Assembly (NCBI RefSeq): GCF_018350175.1
Contig: NC_058378.1
Location: 87,482,001-87,546,000, forward strand
DNA length: 64,000 bases
Direction of reading: 5' to 3'
Source of the DNA: Felis catus
Taxonomy: Eukaryota
Positions 11,301 to 24,500 of this stretch are shown one piece after another (positions within the stretch are counted from its first letter, which is position 1; the number at the start of each line of letters is the position of its first letter). The translations under genes and the position numbers were made by a program. A model generated the notes under the pieces. The model saw nothing but the letters and a program-made list of their open reading frames with translations. It was not told where the DNA came from and ran no database searches.

Positions 11301-13037
11301 TTTTCCCGGATACTGAGGTCAGGAGAGGGCGGTCTCCACACTCACAGGCACACCCACGTGGATTTTAAGAATGCCCCCAGGCAGCCTTGGGGAACCCCAG
11401 GCCAGCCCCAGATGCCTCACAAAGGTGCGTCACCATAAACACGCCTCTGGTGAGCCATCCTCTCTAGCCTAGGAGGGATTTGAGGATCCAGCCCTTGAGT
11501 GAAACTGGGGCGTGGCCAGGGCCAGCAGGGTTCCTGAAAGGCACCCCCACCCACTAGAGGGCAGGGCGAGGCAGGAAGTAGGAAGGTGAGGCCTGGGGGT
11601 GGAGGCAGTCCAGGTGGCCTAGGAGGGCTGTGAGCCCTCTCAGAAGCCCACCTGGCCCTCAGCCCCACAGGCTGCCTCTTCATAACTGGCTGGGCCCACT
11701 GGGAACTACAGGAGGGACCCCAGGCCAGCTTCCCTGGCTGAGACTTACCGAGTGGGAGGGCAGGGCTCGGCGAGCACGGGGTCGTGGCAGACGTTGGGGC
11801 CACACCACCTCGTACTGTTCCACATGGGGCAGGGGGACACTGGGGGCGGCCACTGTGGGAGAGAAGGGGGTCAGCAGGCCTGTGGTGGGTCTGTATCTCT
11901 GTCTCTGGGGGAGTCCTCTAACAGCACAGGGACCAGAGATTTGGAGACCCAGTTCTGCTGCCCAAGGCCCAGGTGTCAGGTTCTGGGTTCAGAGGCCACA
12001 GGACCCTGCCCTGGCTGCCGAGACAGCTCCTCCCTCAGAGCCCAGGGCTGACCTAGACGTCCCCTCCCCTCCCTTGGGTCCAAGGGCGCACAAGGGCCCT
12101 CCTTGCCATCTCAATGTCTCCCATAATTGCGCCTAACTGGGGAGCCCACCGGCCTGCCTGGCAGGCCATTCACCCAGCCCAGATCTAGAAGCTCCCAGGT
12201 ATCCGACAACAAACAGCCCAGGGAGTGGGGGTGAGGCCCAGAATTGGAGCACCAGCACACCCTTTTCTGGGTCTCTCTCAAAGTGTTAGGCCAAGTGTTT
12301 CCATAACCGTTATCTCGCAAACCTCCTGAAGAAAGGGGCCCTGTCTGCCAGAGAAGTGACCCCCTCCAGCCTGGGGCTGGGACAGCACCGCACCCCAGCC
12401 CAGAAAGCTCCCAGGAGCAGCGGTGAGGGCTGGGGCCAGTAGCACACTTGGCTTCTCCCCACACCAGAGGTGGGTCCCCTGTGGGGGGGCGGGGTAGACT
12501 ACCACCTATACCCGCCCCAGGCCATTGCTTCTCGGTCCTCCCTTCCTTGCCACGCTGGGGAGTCCAGGTGGGAGTGGGCACTCACCCCAAGGCCCCGGGG
12601 TGGGTAGGGAGCCATGGGGTTCTCCACCTTGCCCTGAATCCTTGGCGGGACCAGCGCTGGCGGGACCAGCGCTGGCGGGACCAGCGCTGGCGGGACCAGC
12701 GCTGGCGGGACCAGCGCTGGCGGGACCAGCGCTGGCGGGACCAGCGCTGGCGGGACCAGCGCTGGCGGGACCAGCGCTGGCGGGACCAGCGCTGGCGGGA
12801 CCAGCGCTGGCGACACGCCCTAAGCTACTTCTCCCAGGTTCCCTTTTGAAGTTTCCGCCTGTAACCTGAGGGCTCTGAGCTGAGGGCTCCCTTCCAAGCG
12901 CCCAACCGCTGGGTCTGTTCCAGAGCTCGGCGGGGTGCAGACGGCCAGGGGACAGCCCCTCGCCCTGGGGACAGCCCCTCGCCCTGGCACTCACCTTGCA
13001 GCCACAGAGCGAACAGCGGGAGTCCGAGGCGGCGCAT
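2375..13037 (-). CDS. ADAM8: Disintegrin and metalloproteinase domain-containing protein 8 (CD156a), 24 coding exons, 827 aa
   Basis: Exons: 13037-12995, 11852-11749, 10864-10788, 10703-10625, 10535-10459, 10112-9929, 9579-9517, 9424-9356, 9194-9025, 8898-8817, 8417-8269, 8186-8009, 7807-7718, 7572-7383, 7306-7225, 6964-6802, 6352-6275, 5709-5625, 5058-4947, 4542-4383, 3944-3879, 3708-3658, 2910-2830, 2425-2375. All introns GT-AG; sum 2484 nt in frame. Signal peptide, prodomain, [11 protein letters not shown], zinc motif [12 protein letters not shown] (~8340-8375), disintegrin, Cys-rich and EGF domains, TM exon, proline-rich tail. Confidence 0.97.
8621..8818. repeat. Perfect 97-bp tandem duplication at the start of ADAM8 intron 10, including the splice donor
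   Basis: Unit acctaggtcctcggggctcc...gatcccctgcac starts at 8621 and again at 8718. Confidence 0.95.
12643..12812. repeat. 15-bp perfect minisatellite (TGGCGGGACCAGCGC)x11.3 in ADAM8 intron 1
   Basis: Identical units read directly; translates as WRDQR / ALVPP / AGPAS repeats in the ORF track. Confidence 0.97.
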
Positions 13038-13650
13038 GGGGGACGCACACAGGCGTCCGGGGCGGGAACAGGGAGCGTACAGGGGGTTGGGGGTCCGGGG
13101 TCCAGGGTCCAGGTCCAGGACACAGCGCGAACTGGGGGAGGCCCCGCGCTCGAAACTCGGTCTGGCCGCCGCGCTCTGCGCTGGAAGGGACCTCCCCCGC
13201 CCCGGAGCCCAGCCCCCGGCCCGCAGCCTATCGGCCCCTCTGACGGCCGGAGGGGCGGGGCTTGGGCCTCCGCGGGGGGAGGCCCCCGTCCCCCGCCGGG
13301 ACGGCGTCTATTCCTGGGCCCCTGGTGTCCACGAGGAGGGGGGCTCCCGAACAGCCTCTGGTGTCCACAAGGAGGAACGTCATAAACGTGGATGGCACTA
13401 ACGAAGGGGGCCGCGAACGGGCCAAGCCGGGCCCCTCCTTGCAAGTCTGCACCCTCCCCGGTGCAGGTGAGGAGCCCAGGCTCGTCCTGCAGCCTGGCGG
13501 GGCAGCGGCTTGAGTAAGGCTCTCTCTGGGGTTGGGGGGGTGCTCAGGTGCGGATGTACCCTCGGACTTCCTGGGGAACAGAAGCCCACAGGGGACCCAG
13601 TACCACTTCCTGCCCTGCCGGCCCCCACGCTGACCTGGCCCCCAGGGCGG
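12900..13650. promoter_or_regulatory. ADAM8 promoter CpG island with GC boxes and ETS/PU.1-like CAGGAAGTG (13604-13612, -)
   Basis: CpG-rich around the ADAM8 ATG; GGGGCGGGG at ~13252-13260; cacttcctg. Confidence 0.6.
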
Positions 13651-14963
13651 GCAGGCGGGCGGGGGGAGGGCTGTCCCTGTCATCTGCCGCTAATCCAAGA
13701 GGGTTTGCCCTCAGCTCAGTGGCCCTGGAGCCACGTTCTGGACAGGCTTCCTGAAATGATGCACATCAATGCAAGTCCAAACCTCGGGCGAGGGTGTGGT
13801 GCCCCAGGCAGTCCCAGACCAGAGGTCAAAATTTCACAGCCCAGTAGTTACCCCAAAGCAAATGGAAAGGAAAGGAAAAGCAGCAGGGGTTGGCGGGCTT
13901 TGAGGCATCTTGGGCAGAGGTGGCGGCGGGGCCCGTGCCCCTGCGAGCAGAGCAAGACACAGAGACGGTCTGGACGTGTGGGTTCCGTCCCTGTGCTCAC
14001 ACACAGCTGGATCAGGGAGGCTCGTGAGCCCCCCTTCCCAGTGAGCTCACTTCTCTTCCTTAGCTGTGCAATTATTTGGGAACAAAAATTAAAAGGCAAC
14101 AGTCCCCGTAAAGGCAAAACCCAGAGCTGCCGCAGACGCACTCGCTCCCGTTCCGCAGCCAGCAGACCAGACCACCCATGTGCAGCCAGACCAACAGGGG
14201 TCTGCTCCTCCTCCGACACAGGACCCCCCCTCCCCCCTGCCGCCAAGGCTCCTCTTGTCCCACCCTCACCACTGGCAACCCTAGGGTGTAGCGGGCAAGC
14301 CTGTTGCCCAGAGCCCAGGACAGGGACACAAAGTTTCCGGGTCTCAGGGCAGGGCACGAGGGCGGCAAGCCCAGGGCCAGCGGGCTCCTCAGCTCGGGAA
14401 GAGGTTAGCACGACACCAGGGCTCTGGTAACGCTGGCGGCAAATAAGCGAATTCTGCACACACAGCGACCTGGACAAAAAAGCCGTCTGTGGCTTGTGAG
14501 TTGGATCCCCTCCATGGTGCCTGTTCTCCAAGGCAGCAGCTGGACTGAGTGCCCACCACCCTGCCTCCAGGAGCCTGCTTCCGGCCCCTTCCACCTGCCC
14601 CCCAAGACCCCCTGCAGCGGGCAGGCAGAGCCGAGTCTGGACAGCAACACGGGACGTTTGGCGGGTGGGCAGCATGGCTGGAGTGGGGAGCAGTGGGGTG
14701 GGGGGTCACAGCTGTGCCACCCAGGGCTGAACCCACCCTGTGGGTTCCACTCTGCACTTCAGCGGGTGCTCCTCAGGACCCCCCCACCCTCCTGCCCAGT
14801 CTGGCGGCAGGACAAGGACCGTGCTGCCCCCTGGTGCCCGGAGCCCAGCCTTGCTGATTGCTGGGACAGCAGGTGTGCACAGCTGGACACCAGGCTTGGA
14901 TTTCGTCCCCTGTGAGACCTTGATAATCATCCTGAAGTTGCTCAAATGCTGCGTGTTTTCATC

Positions 14964-15229
14964 TTTTTTTTTCTTTTTTTGAGACAAAGAAGGTGCCCAA
15001 GTGAGCGAGGGGCAGAGACAGAGAAAGAGAGAAAAAGAGAGAATCCCAGGAGGGGCAGAGAGAGGGAGGGAGGGAGAGAGAAGAGGGCGCATCCTCACCC
15101 GGAGTGGGACACGAGCTCACCCAGAGCTGGGACACGTCCCCACCTGATGTGGGACTCAAACTCACCAATGGTGAGATCACGACCTGAGCCAAAGTCAGGG
15201 ACTTAACGGACCGAGCCACCCAAGCGTCC
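14964..15229 (-). mobile_element. Carnivore CAN-SINE with internally repeated segment
   Basis: tRNA-derived head (gagccacccaagcgtcc), GA-rich region, T tail. Confidence 0.8.
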
Positions 15230-15500
15230 TTCACTTTGCCTTTATTTGAGAACAAAAACATTTTTAAAAACTCACCCTATTCAATAGAAGAACTCACACA
15301 AACACACCTATGGAGGCACCCGGCCCGGTGCGGGTGGCTGCTGTGAAGGGAACCTAGCGCCCTGAGCAATGACAGCAGCTTGCAAGACGCCCCTCGGACT
15401 TTATATTTAAACGGTAACGACACACACAAACACGTGTGGTTCAGCAATATTCATTCACGTAATGGCTTCTGAACTCATTCTTCTGCAACACCTGCTGGCC

Positions 15501-18500
15501 TCACTGGGCGGTGACGGCAACCCTGGGCGCAGATGCCGGGGGGCCCCGTGGGACGGGCACTTGGGGCGCTGCCTTCTGGCTCCTCTCTGCAGACAGACGC
15601 TCCAGGCGCTCCGTGTAGAAGCCATTGAAGTCAAGTCTGCGGGAGGAGAGGGGCTGGGCTCCTGCACCCCCAGGTGCAGAGGCGCCCTCCCCGGGGCAGC
15701 CCGTCCGCCCCACAAAGGGGGAAGGGTGGTCTCTGCACCAGGTGCGAGGGACACGCACCCACATGAGGGCCTCAGGCTCCATCCGGCCTCCGCTTTTTCA
15801 AGCAATACTGACACCAGAACTCAAACACACATGAAAATTAAACAACAACAAGCATCCCAGGCCCTGTCCTTAGGACATCCGATGCCCAACACAGGACACC
15901 TTCCCAGGCAGGGACACCCCCTCAATCTCCTGGAAAGAAGCTGAGCCACTGCCTCCCCTCGGAAGAGCTGTGTGTCCAGGATTCACGGGCAGTGGGAACC
16001 TGACAGCCCCAGAACCACAAACTGGCTGAGCGGCCTGCTGGTCCCCCCCCCCATGGGGCCCCTCCCAGAGTCACCAGGAATGTACCACCACACCCCCCCC
16101 CCACCCGAGAGTGACAAGGCACAGACAGCCCCAGGAGCCCAAACGGGGCGGGTTTAGTACGTGCCGCCACGACCCTCACTGTGTGTTCACAGCCCACGGC
16201 AGAAATGGCATCCCTAGTCCCATCCTCTCTCCCGTGGCCACCCCCTGGCTGCTCATCTGAAAATGGGGGCAGGGGGTGGGGGGTGACGCGGCTGCCGTGC
16301 ATAGCCTAGGGCTATGGGGGCACTGACGGGGCAGCCCGACACACGCTGGCGCACACACACGAGTGAACACAAACCGCTATGCACACCCATCTGTGACTTC
16401 AGGGGGTGACGCACAGGAGACTAAGGACAGACGCCCTCACACCCGAGCAGACCCTGCCTCAGTGACACCTTCCTGAGGTGGCCCAAGGCTGCGTGGCAGT
16501 GGTGAAGGGGGAGCCGGCGAGGGAAACCCAGGAGTCCCATCAGGCAGAGACAGGAGGGCGCCCGTGGCCGCGCGGGAAGCCGCCTGGAGATGACGCACCC
16601 ACCTGGAGATGACGCTGGCCATGCTGTGCTCACAGTCACTGGTGCTGTAGAGGCTCAGTCGGGCCAGAAGATCAAGCAGATGTGCTGAGAAATTCTTATC
16701 AAACTTGTTGATGGTGGCCTCGAAGCTGGAGGCCAGCTGCGGGGCGTCCACGTGCTCAGCCAGGTACTAGAAGACAAGTTTGGGCACCGTGAGCACCCCC
16801 AGCCCGGCCTCGGCACTGCTCTCACCAGCTCAGCTTCCCCGTCCCTTTATCTCTAATAGAAGAAAGGATCTGGGCAAGTTTTTGTGTGATAAAAGGTGAA
16901 AGAGAACAACATAAAGCTTCCTGAGACCACAGGACAGAGACACAGTCTGGGCAGCTGGCACCCTGCTTTGCTCCCACCCGCCTGGGGTGTTTTTTCTGCA
17001 ACTCAGGTTTTCGAGCGAACGCAGCATTCTCTCCTGGCTCCCTCTCAGTGGAGGGAACGGACCCAGGGGCCCGGGAGCAGGGGCCTGGGCTGGTGCTGCA
17101 GGGCCTATGCCCCGACATCCTCTCCAAGGAGGCCCCTCTAGTTAAGGCTGGGCTCTGACCATAAGGACGGCAGGGCCCACAGCCCCACGCCTGCTGTGTG
17201 CCAGGCCCTCCAAGGGGCGCCCACACCTGGGCGTTCCTCCCCTTGGGGGAACCGTGGCCTTGCCCTCAAGCACAGTGGGGCTGAGGTTTGGACAAGTCGA
17301 GCGAGAAGATTCTCTGGGACTCATATTTAATATCTAATTCAAAGCAAACTTTTTTAACCAAAAGAAGAGTGAAGGGCGGCAGCAGGCGCGCCTGCTAAGC
17401 TGCAGGCCCAGCGGTGCCGGACGAAGCACACCTTCCTGGCGAGCTCCTTGCGGGTGCGCTCCTCTGCCCGCTCGGCCTCCGTGGGCGGCCCCAGCATTGT
17501 GCCATGCTCCAACATCAGGCGGCCCAGCTCACCGTCCAACTTCATGCTCTGCGTAAATCTCTTGGGGTCAGAAAGAAACACTCCTGTTAGCGTCAACCCA
17601 CCTGGCCCAAGTGAAGGGTGTGCCTCCGCACAGCCAGGCGGTGTCTGCTGTGCCCATGTGACCTTACGGGCGCCTGCCCGAGGGCTGGTCCACTGACTGA
17701 CTGAAGAACGTTTCTCCCCCGATGGAGCCCCACGTGACCACGAGAGGTCTAAGGAACCAGTTCCCAGGCTCCTGTCCTCTGGAGGTTGGCCAACACCTCG
17801 CACGCTCTCCACTGGCCCCACCGACTCAGACCCCCTAGGCCCTGAAGCCCCAGTGAACCCCCACCTCACCCCCTCTGCCTTCCAACACTTATATTCTGTG
17901 CCAATACTTCGGGGCAGCTGCTTGTAACTGAATCAAGTAACTCAAGTCGGACAAAGAGAACAGCATGTGTCCAGGAAAAGGCCCAGAACAGAGGCCCACA
18001 CCGGCGGAAGGGGACTCAGAGCAGCACCCCTGCAGACAGATGGCAGGAGGCGAGTGGGCTGTGGGGTGGCCGCACCTGCATGCAGTTGGTGAACATGACG
18101 CACACGGACATGAGCCTGGAGAACACCTTGAGTAGCTCCGGGTTGGTCAGCATGCAGTCCTTCAGACAGTTGTCCAGGAAGCTCGTGTGGTGGCCCAGCA
18201 CGTCATCGATGTTGGACGCCTATGCGGAGAGAAGGACCCGGCCTTCACTCTGGGAACGACTTCGCAAGCAGACGGACTCCGCGGGCCTGGCTTTGGCTGC
18301 AGCTTTGCACGTTTCTGGTCTGTCGCCATTTTTCAGATGACCCTGTGCCCTCTGAGGGACAACATCACCCCCAACACGCCTGCTCTCGCACACGCACACC
18401 CTCACCGTGCTCGTAGGGAAGCCTCTCGTGTGTGCGGAGGGCTTCGCTTCCTCCCCATCAGCCTGCGGCCGGCGCTGCTCTCACCCCCCGACCCCTGACC

Positions 18501-21500
18501 TGCTACGCTCCCTCCTCAAGAACCCGCTGGAGCCTCCTCAACGTTCCGACACGCCAAGCTACGACTCACAGACTTCAGGTTCTTCTCGAGGACGTGCCAG
18601 GTCGGCTCCATGACTTCAAACATCATGTAGTACTGAATGTTCTGAACAAAGTTGAGCATCCGCTGCCGCAGAGTGAAGGCGCCGGCAAACCTGAGCGAGC
18701 AGACGGTTTCAGCGCAGATGACAGGGAGTCGGGGCATCTACAGCATGTGGGGGCCACCCGCCTTGTCGTCAGGGCGTCTGCTCTGGGCTCATGCCCCTCC
18801 ACGGGGGCCCACACGCGGGCACGAACACCACCAGCGTGTGGGGCACCCCTGGCCGACAGTGAGCAGCTGCATGTGAGCCAGCAGGAGGAAGCACACGCCC
18901 CCAAAGCTCGAAGGGCTCACGCTAACGGGCCCGACCCCCCACGTCTGCACACACGGCTGAGGGACAGAGCCAGTGGCCACTGCGGTCGGCAGTGGCGCTG
19001 CTCCGCAACGTGAAACATGTCACAGATCTATAAGCTACAAAGGTGTGCGACAAATTGCCTTTTTGCAAGAGGGAGCGCGTGTGCGCAGACGAGACGCACC
19101 ACTTAGCGGAGTGCAGGGAGCACTGCTTGGCGGCCTTGTTGCTGATCCAGACGCTGCAGAGTTGCCGCTCTACGTGCTTGCAGTAGAACATGTGCCTGAA
19201 GAGCATCTGGTAGCGGGTCAGGGCTTTCCTGCAGGGAGCGGGAGGTGACAGGCGCGTAGGTAGGCTTCTGGGCGGCACCACAGCTCATGAGGCTCGCAGC
19301 AGATGGCGGCCTGGGCTTCGGCGGCACCGAAGCGGTTCTGCGTTCCGGCCACCAGGGGCCAGGCAGCCTACCCTGGACACAAATGGGTGTGGAGGCGCCT
19401 TGGACGTTCTGCAGAACAAGGCAGGTGCCAGGCGGATCCAGTCCCTTCCTCCTGGCAGACCTGCTGTAAGGTCTAGAGAAGCTAGTGCTGGAAGGGTCAG
19501 GAAGGACCAACGCTCACCTATTGATAATCAGCGACAGGGGCCACTTGACGACGTAGTCGAAAGAGAAGGCCTCGAGGCCACTCAGCGTGAGCTCGGTGGG
19601 GTCGGCATGGACCATCGCCTTCTCCTGCTTGGTCTCGATGGCCAGAACCCGCAGGAGCTGGGTGATGAGGTCATGAGGCATCAGATCAATCTTGGGAAAG
19701 ACAGAGAGAATGGCGTCGAGTCCTGACCGCGGCACCAATCCAGCTGCAGCACAGGCCGGAGAAGCAAGTCCCTGCGGTGGACTCCGTCTCCGAGCCCAGC
19801 TTGCAAAACAAACGCCTGCCAAGAGACCCCCACTCAAAAAGGAGGCGTCTTTCCTCCACCAAAGTAGGAAAACAAACGTACAGAGAGATCATTTAAAATA
19901 TACCTGACGATATAAATGAAAAGCTATGAAGTCAGAAAGGCCTAAATCCCTCCAGATTTACAACTTTACCGCAGGTGCCAGGCTCAGGCTGAAAGAGAAC
20001 GTACGTGGGTCTGAAAACACAGTACAGCTGACCCTTAAACAGCGTCAGGGGTCAGGGCGCCAACCCGCCGTTCAGCTGAAAATCCACGTGCAACTTCTGA
20101 CTTCCCCTACCCCCGACTACCGATAGCCTACTGCCGACCGGAAGCCTTACCAGGACAGCTGATGGACGCACGCTTTGCGTGCCGTATGCCATACACAGTG
20201 CGTCCTCGTAACAAAGAAAGCTACAGACAAGGAAATGTCACTGTGCTGCATGTACCATAAAACACCCACGCGCGCACACCCGGGCTGCGGGTATCACTGT
20301 CAAGAGTTGGTTCCTCCCGTGTCTTTACCTCAAATGTCTTTCTCAGGCAGCTGCTCCAGCTCTCGGGACACGGGGAGCGGCCTGAAAGGTGCTCCCCCCC
20401 GCCCCCTCACCCCCAACCCACCTTGAGATCGTCCTTGAAAGGGTCCGTGTTGGCAGTGCTCATGCGCAGGGCCAGCTCCAGCAGCGCTTCCAGGCGGGTG
20501 GGAGTGATGTCGTCCACCGGCTTCTTTAGCTCCTCCTCGGTGAGGTCCATGAAGTGCACGAAGAAGTCCCCCTGGTCCATCAGGAAGTAGCGCTTGATGG
20601 ACCTGCGGGCGGACGCAAGGTCATCGGGAAGGCTGACCAACGCGCACAGTGGCCCGGACTCAGAGACAGGCAGGCGTCTGACGAGGAAGAGCTGCGTGCT
20701 TGCGAAGGGCTCCCACCAGAACCAGCGGTTTTGATGATGGGGGTGGTGGGGGGACAGGGGGAAGCCAGGAGGGGCCACACGGCCCAGGAAGGACGTGTCA
20801 AGCACATGGCCTGCCAGCGCCCCACACCAGGAAACATGTTAGAAAGGGGAGACCAGCGGTCAGCTTCAAACAAACGGAAACAAACAGCTCTTAGGCAGGG
20901 GCAAAGAACTCAGTGCCCGGCTACGCTGCCTGGAAGGGGCTGGTGGGGCCGGGGGCGAGACTGGGAGGCTGTGTCACTGCAGACAAGGTGACACAGGCAG
21001 ACACTGCCCTGCTGGGCCTCGGGGAGTTAGGACCACGGTGGCAGGGTCACAAATGTGCAAGGTTCTCAGGCTGTCTTCTCAGGCAGGACAACCTGGCAGT
21101 GTGCTGGTTTTTACATAAATAGGACAGAGCCACTAAAAGTTAATTCATGGCCTTGGTCAGACACCCCCGATGGTTACACATGCTGAGCTAGGAGGCCAAG
21201 GACAGACGGCACACCTCAGGTGCGCCACAAGCTCCTTCTCTTCCATCAGGAAGGCCAGCAGGACCTTGCTGGCATAGTTGAAAGCCTTCTCGATTTGCTC
21301 AACATATGCCCGCTCCTTCAGAGTGTAGATGATCTCCTTGGCCACTGGGCAGGTGACATCGTGGCCACACTCTCGGACTACATTCAGATATTTTCCTGAA
21401 AAGACAAGGAGAAAGCAAATTAAAATTTTCACCATAAGTACAATAAACCACAGACCTGAACCTCGGATGCTGTAACCCAAACAGTAGCTAGAGAACTGGA

Positions 21501-24500
21501 AAGAGAGGTTGAGAACAGCCTACAACCCTCTACACGTGGCAGAGAAACACAACCAACTGACACCCACGGAGCACAGAGCGCTAAGTGCTAGAACAGGCTG
21601 GACTCCAGATCTTCTAAGAACACAGAAATAATTTCAAAAATATTTCAGAGAAGGAGATTCTAAACCCTCTTCCGACCCCGTCCTAGACAGCACAGCTCCC
21701 AGAACCAAAGTGCCGAGTTCCTGGCCAGCAGCGTGTCAGGTACGTCGGTCCATGTGATGGTGACAGGAGCATCACTGGCCCAGTGAGGCCTGCATCCTTG
21801 GCTGTTTTCCTGTCATGGTATGAGACCAACCCACTGAGAAACAGATCTTCGGTCTCTGTCCCTGGTTGCTGGTGCTGAACTCCTAAAACTCTTGGGATTT
21901 TGTTACTCATGAAGCCCCTTCTGACCACACCTGAGTTCAGGCCAGCGAGGGACTCTCGGCAGCTTCCCTAGACAGCTTCAGGGTGAGGGCTGGTGGCCAG
22001 GGACCCAACCCCGTCATCACCGCCCACTGAGGTCAGGATTGGGAAAGGCTGAATAAATCACCAACGGTCAATCATTTCATCAATCATGCCTGCATAATGG
22101 GACCTCCATAAAATTCCTAAACCAAGGTGTCTGAAGAGTTTCCAGGGAGGGGTACACATCCACACGGGGATGGTGCACCCCAAATCCACAGGCACAGCAG
22201 CCCCTGTGCTCGGGACCTGCCCAGACCTCACCCCACGGGACCCTTCGCCTGGCTGTTCGCTTGTATCCGTTATAACACACTGGTAATTTAGAGAGTAAAG
22301 CGTTTCCCTGAGTTCTGTGAGCTGTCCTCGAAAATGGTCACACCAGAGGAGGGGGCCATGGGAGCCTCCCATTTGCAGCCACTCAGACAGGACCCAGTAC
22401 TTGCTGATGTGTGTGCCGCCCCAAAGGACTGAGCCTCAAACCAAGGAGCCTGCCACAAACCCCGGTGGATGGGATGAGGGCTAATTTACAGGACGCCCAG
22501 CTTGTGTCCACAGAGAACAGGAGAGCGGGATGCCGGTGTGGAAAAGCCCCGTGTCTGGGGTCAGCTGGGAGCAGGGAAGCAACTTTCCTGTCAGTGATAA
22601 CAGAATTCTAAAAGCGAAGTGGCAAAGAAAAGGCGTCTCTGAGACAAACCCCCAGGGTCAGGGCACAAAGCAACGACACCCAGAGCCACAGGAGTCGGAC
22701 AGGCAGGGAAGGCACCACCGGGTACAGGGCCGTGACGGCAAGGCCACAGGCAGAGGCACACCGGGGCCGCAAGGCTCACCTGTGCTGAGGACCTTGCCTG
22801 CCATCTTCTGTAGGAAGGAGGGGATCTGGTGCTGCACGACAGTGTACCTCTGGTCCCAGTACTTGTCGTTGTAATCCTCCTGGATCTTCTCCTTGCGCAG
22901 CTCGTGCTCTTCCACCATGAACTCGCTGCAGGCACAGCGGACACTCTCGGGGTCTGGCCGACCAGAGGCCCCCCCCCCCCCAGGTCGGTCCCCAGCTGTG
23001 AGCAACAGTGAACCCACCCACACCCCCGGGGGCAGCTGTTTCGACCGGGGGCTCGGAGAAGACCCGGGGCCACGGGGCCACAGGGGGACCTCTACCTCCA
23101 CCCCTCCCAGGGGAACTCGGCACTTCCCTCCATCACAGACACGGACAACGCACGACCCCAACAGCAGGGGCGCGACCCCAGCACACCTGCTTCAGATACC
23201 ACTCTCGCAAGGCAGGATTTTAAAACTTGTTTTTTCAAGTTTACTTAAAACTTTATTTTATTCGAGAGACAGAGAGACAGGGAGAGTGCGAGCAGGGGAG
23301 GAATAAAGAGAGAGGGTGAGAGAGAATCTCAAGCAGGCTCTGTGCTGTCAGCCTGACGCGGGGCTCGAACTCACAAACGCTGGGATCATGACCTGAGCCG
23401 AAACCAAGAGTCGAACGCCCAACCGACGAGTCCCTCAGGCGCCCTGCATGAGGCACAATTTTAAAATCGTGTTCCTGGGGCGCCTGGGTAGCTCAGTCGG
23501 TTAAGCGTCCGACTTCGGCTCAGGTCATGATCTCACGGTCTGTGAGTTCGAGCCCCGCATCAGGCTCTGTGCTGACAGCTCACAGCCTGGAGCCCGTTTC
23601 AGATTCTGTGTCTCCCTCTCTCTCTGCCCCTCCCCTGTTCATGCTCGGTCTCTCTCTGTCTCAAACATAAATAAACNNNNNNNNNNNNNNNNNNNNNNNN
23701 NNNNNNNNNNNNNNNNNNNNNNNNNNNNNNNNNNNNNNNNNNNNNNNNNNNNNNNNNNNNNNNNNNNNNNNNNNNNNNNNNNNNNNNNNNNNNNNNNNNN
23801 NNNNNNGGCCCTCCCCTCAGACTGTTATTTGCACCATTAGCAGAGAAACACTACCCCAGCCACAAACTTATTTTTAAAGTATTTTAAGAAATCTACCTCA
23901 ACACAATAGACTCCTTCGTGAGCTACCCAAGCTCCGTTTATGTATTTAAACGCGTGATGTGGAGAAGGAACGCTCAAGTCTCACCCCTGGGAAGGAAGGA
24001 AGCTCAGGCCAGGAGCCGCCGCTCCGGACGACTCCGACGCCCTCCGCTCGACAAGATAAAGCCTCCCGGGGCTCGTGTGGGCGTCTGCCACTTGCACACC
24101 TCACCGGTGTTCTCCTCAGGCCCCGCGAGTCCTACCTGTACGGGTCGTTGATTATCCCTCTATAGATCCACTTCTCCAGGATCTCGAAGTAGGGCACGCT
24201 GGCAGCCTTGGTGAGGTACAGACACAGCTCCTGGGCCTGGCTGTCCCCCGTGTAGTTGAAGCTCCGGTCGTGGAGAAGGCTCAGGGTTGACCCCCCAACA
24301 CACTCGCCTTTATCCACCGAGGTGGCTGCAAGGACGTGGAGGTGGCGCTCAGTGCGGCGAAGGGGGTGCCCTTGGCGCTTGAGGCCATGTCACGAGAGGC
24401 CAGGGCCTCAATTCATCTCCGGTCTCCCGGGGACAGGTGCCGCTCTCGTGGGACACACTCAAACCGTAACGCTCTGATCGCTAACTAAAGCCTATCAGGA

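Noticed and set aside
12643-12812. Repeat array resembling CRISPR, and repetitive ORFs (WRDQR, ALVPP, AGPAS)
   Set aside because: No spacers, eukaryotic intron, no cas genes; the ORFs are by-products of a 15-bp stop-free unit.
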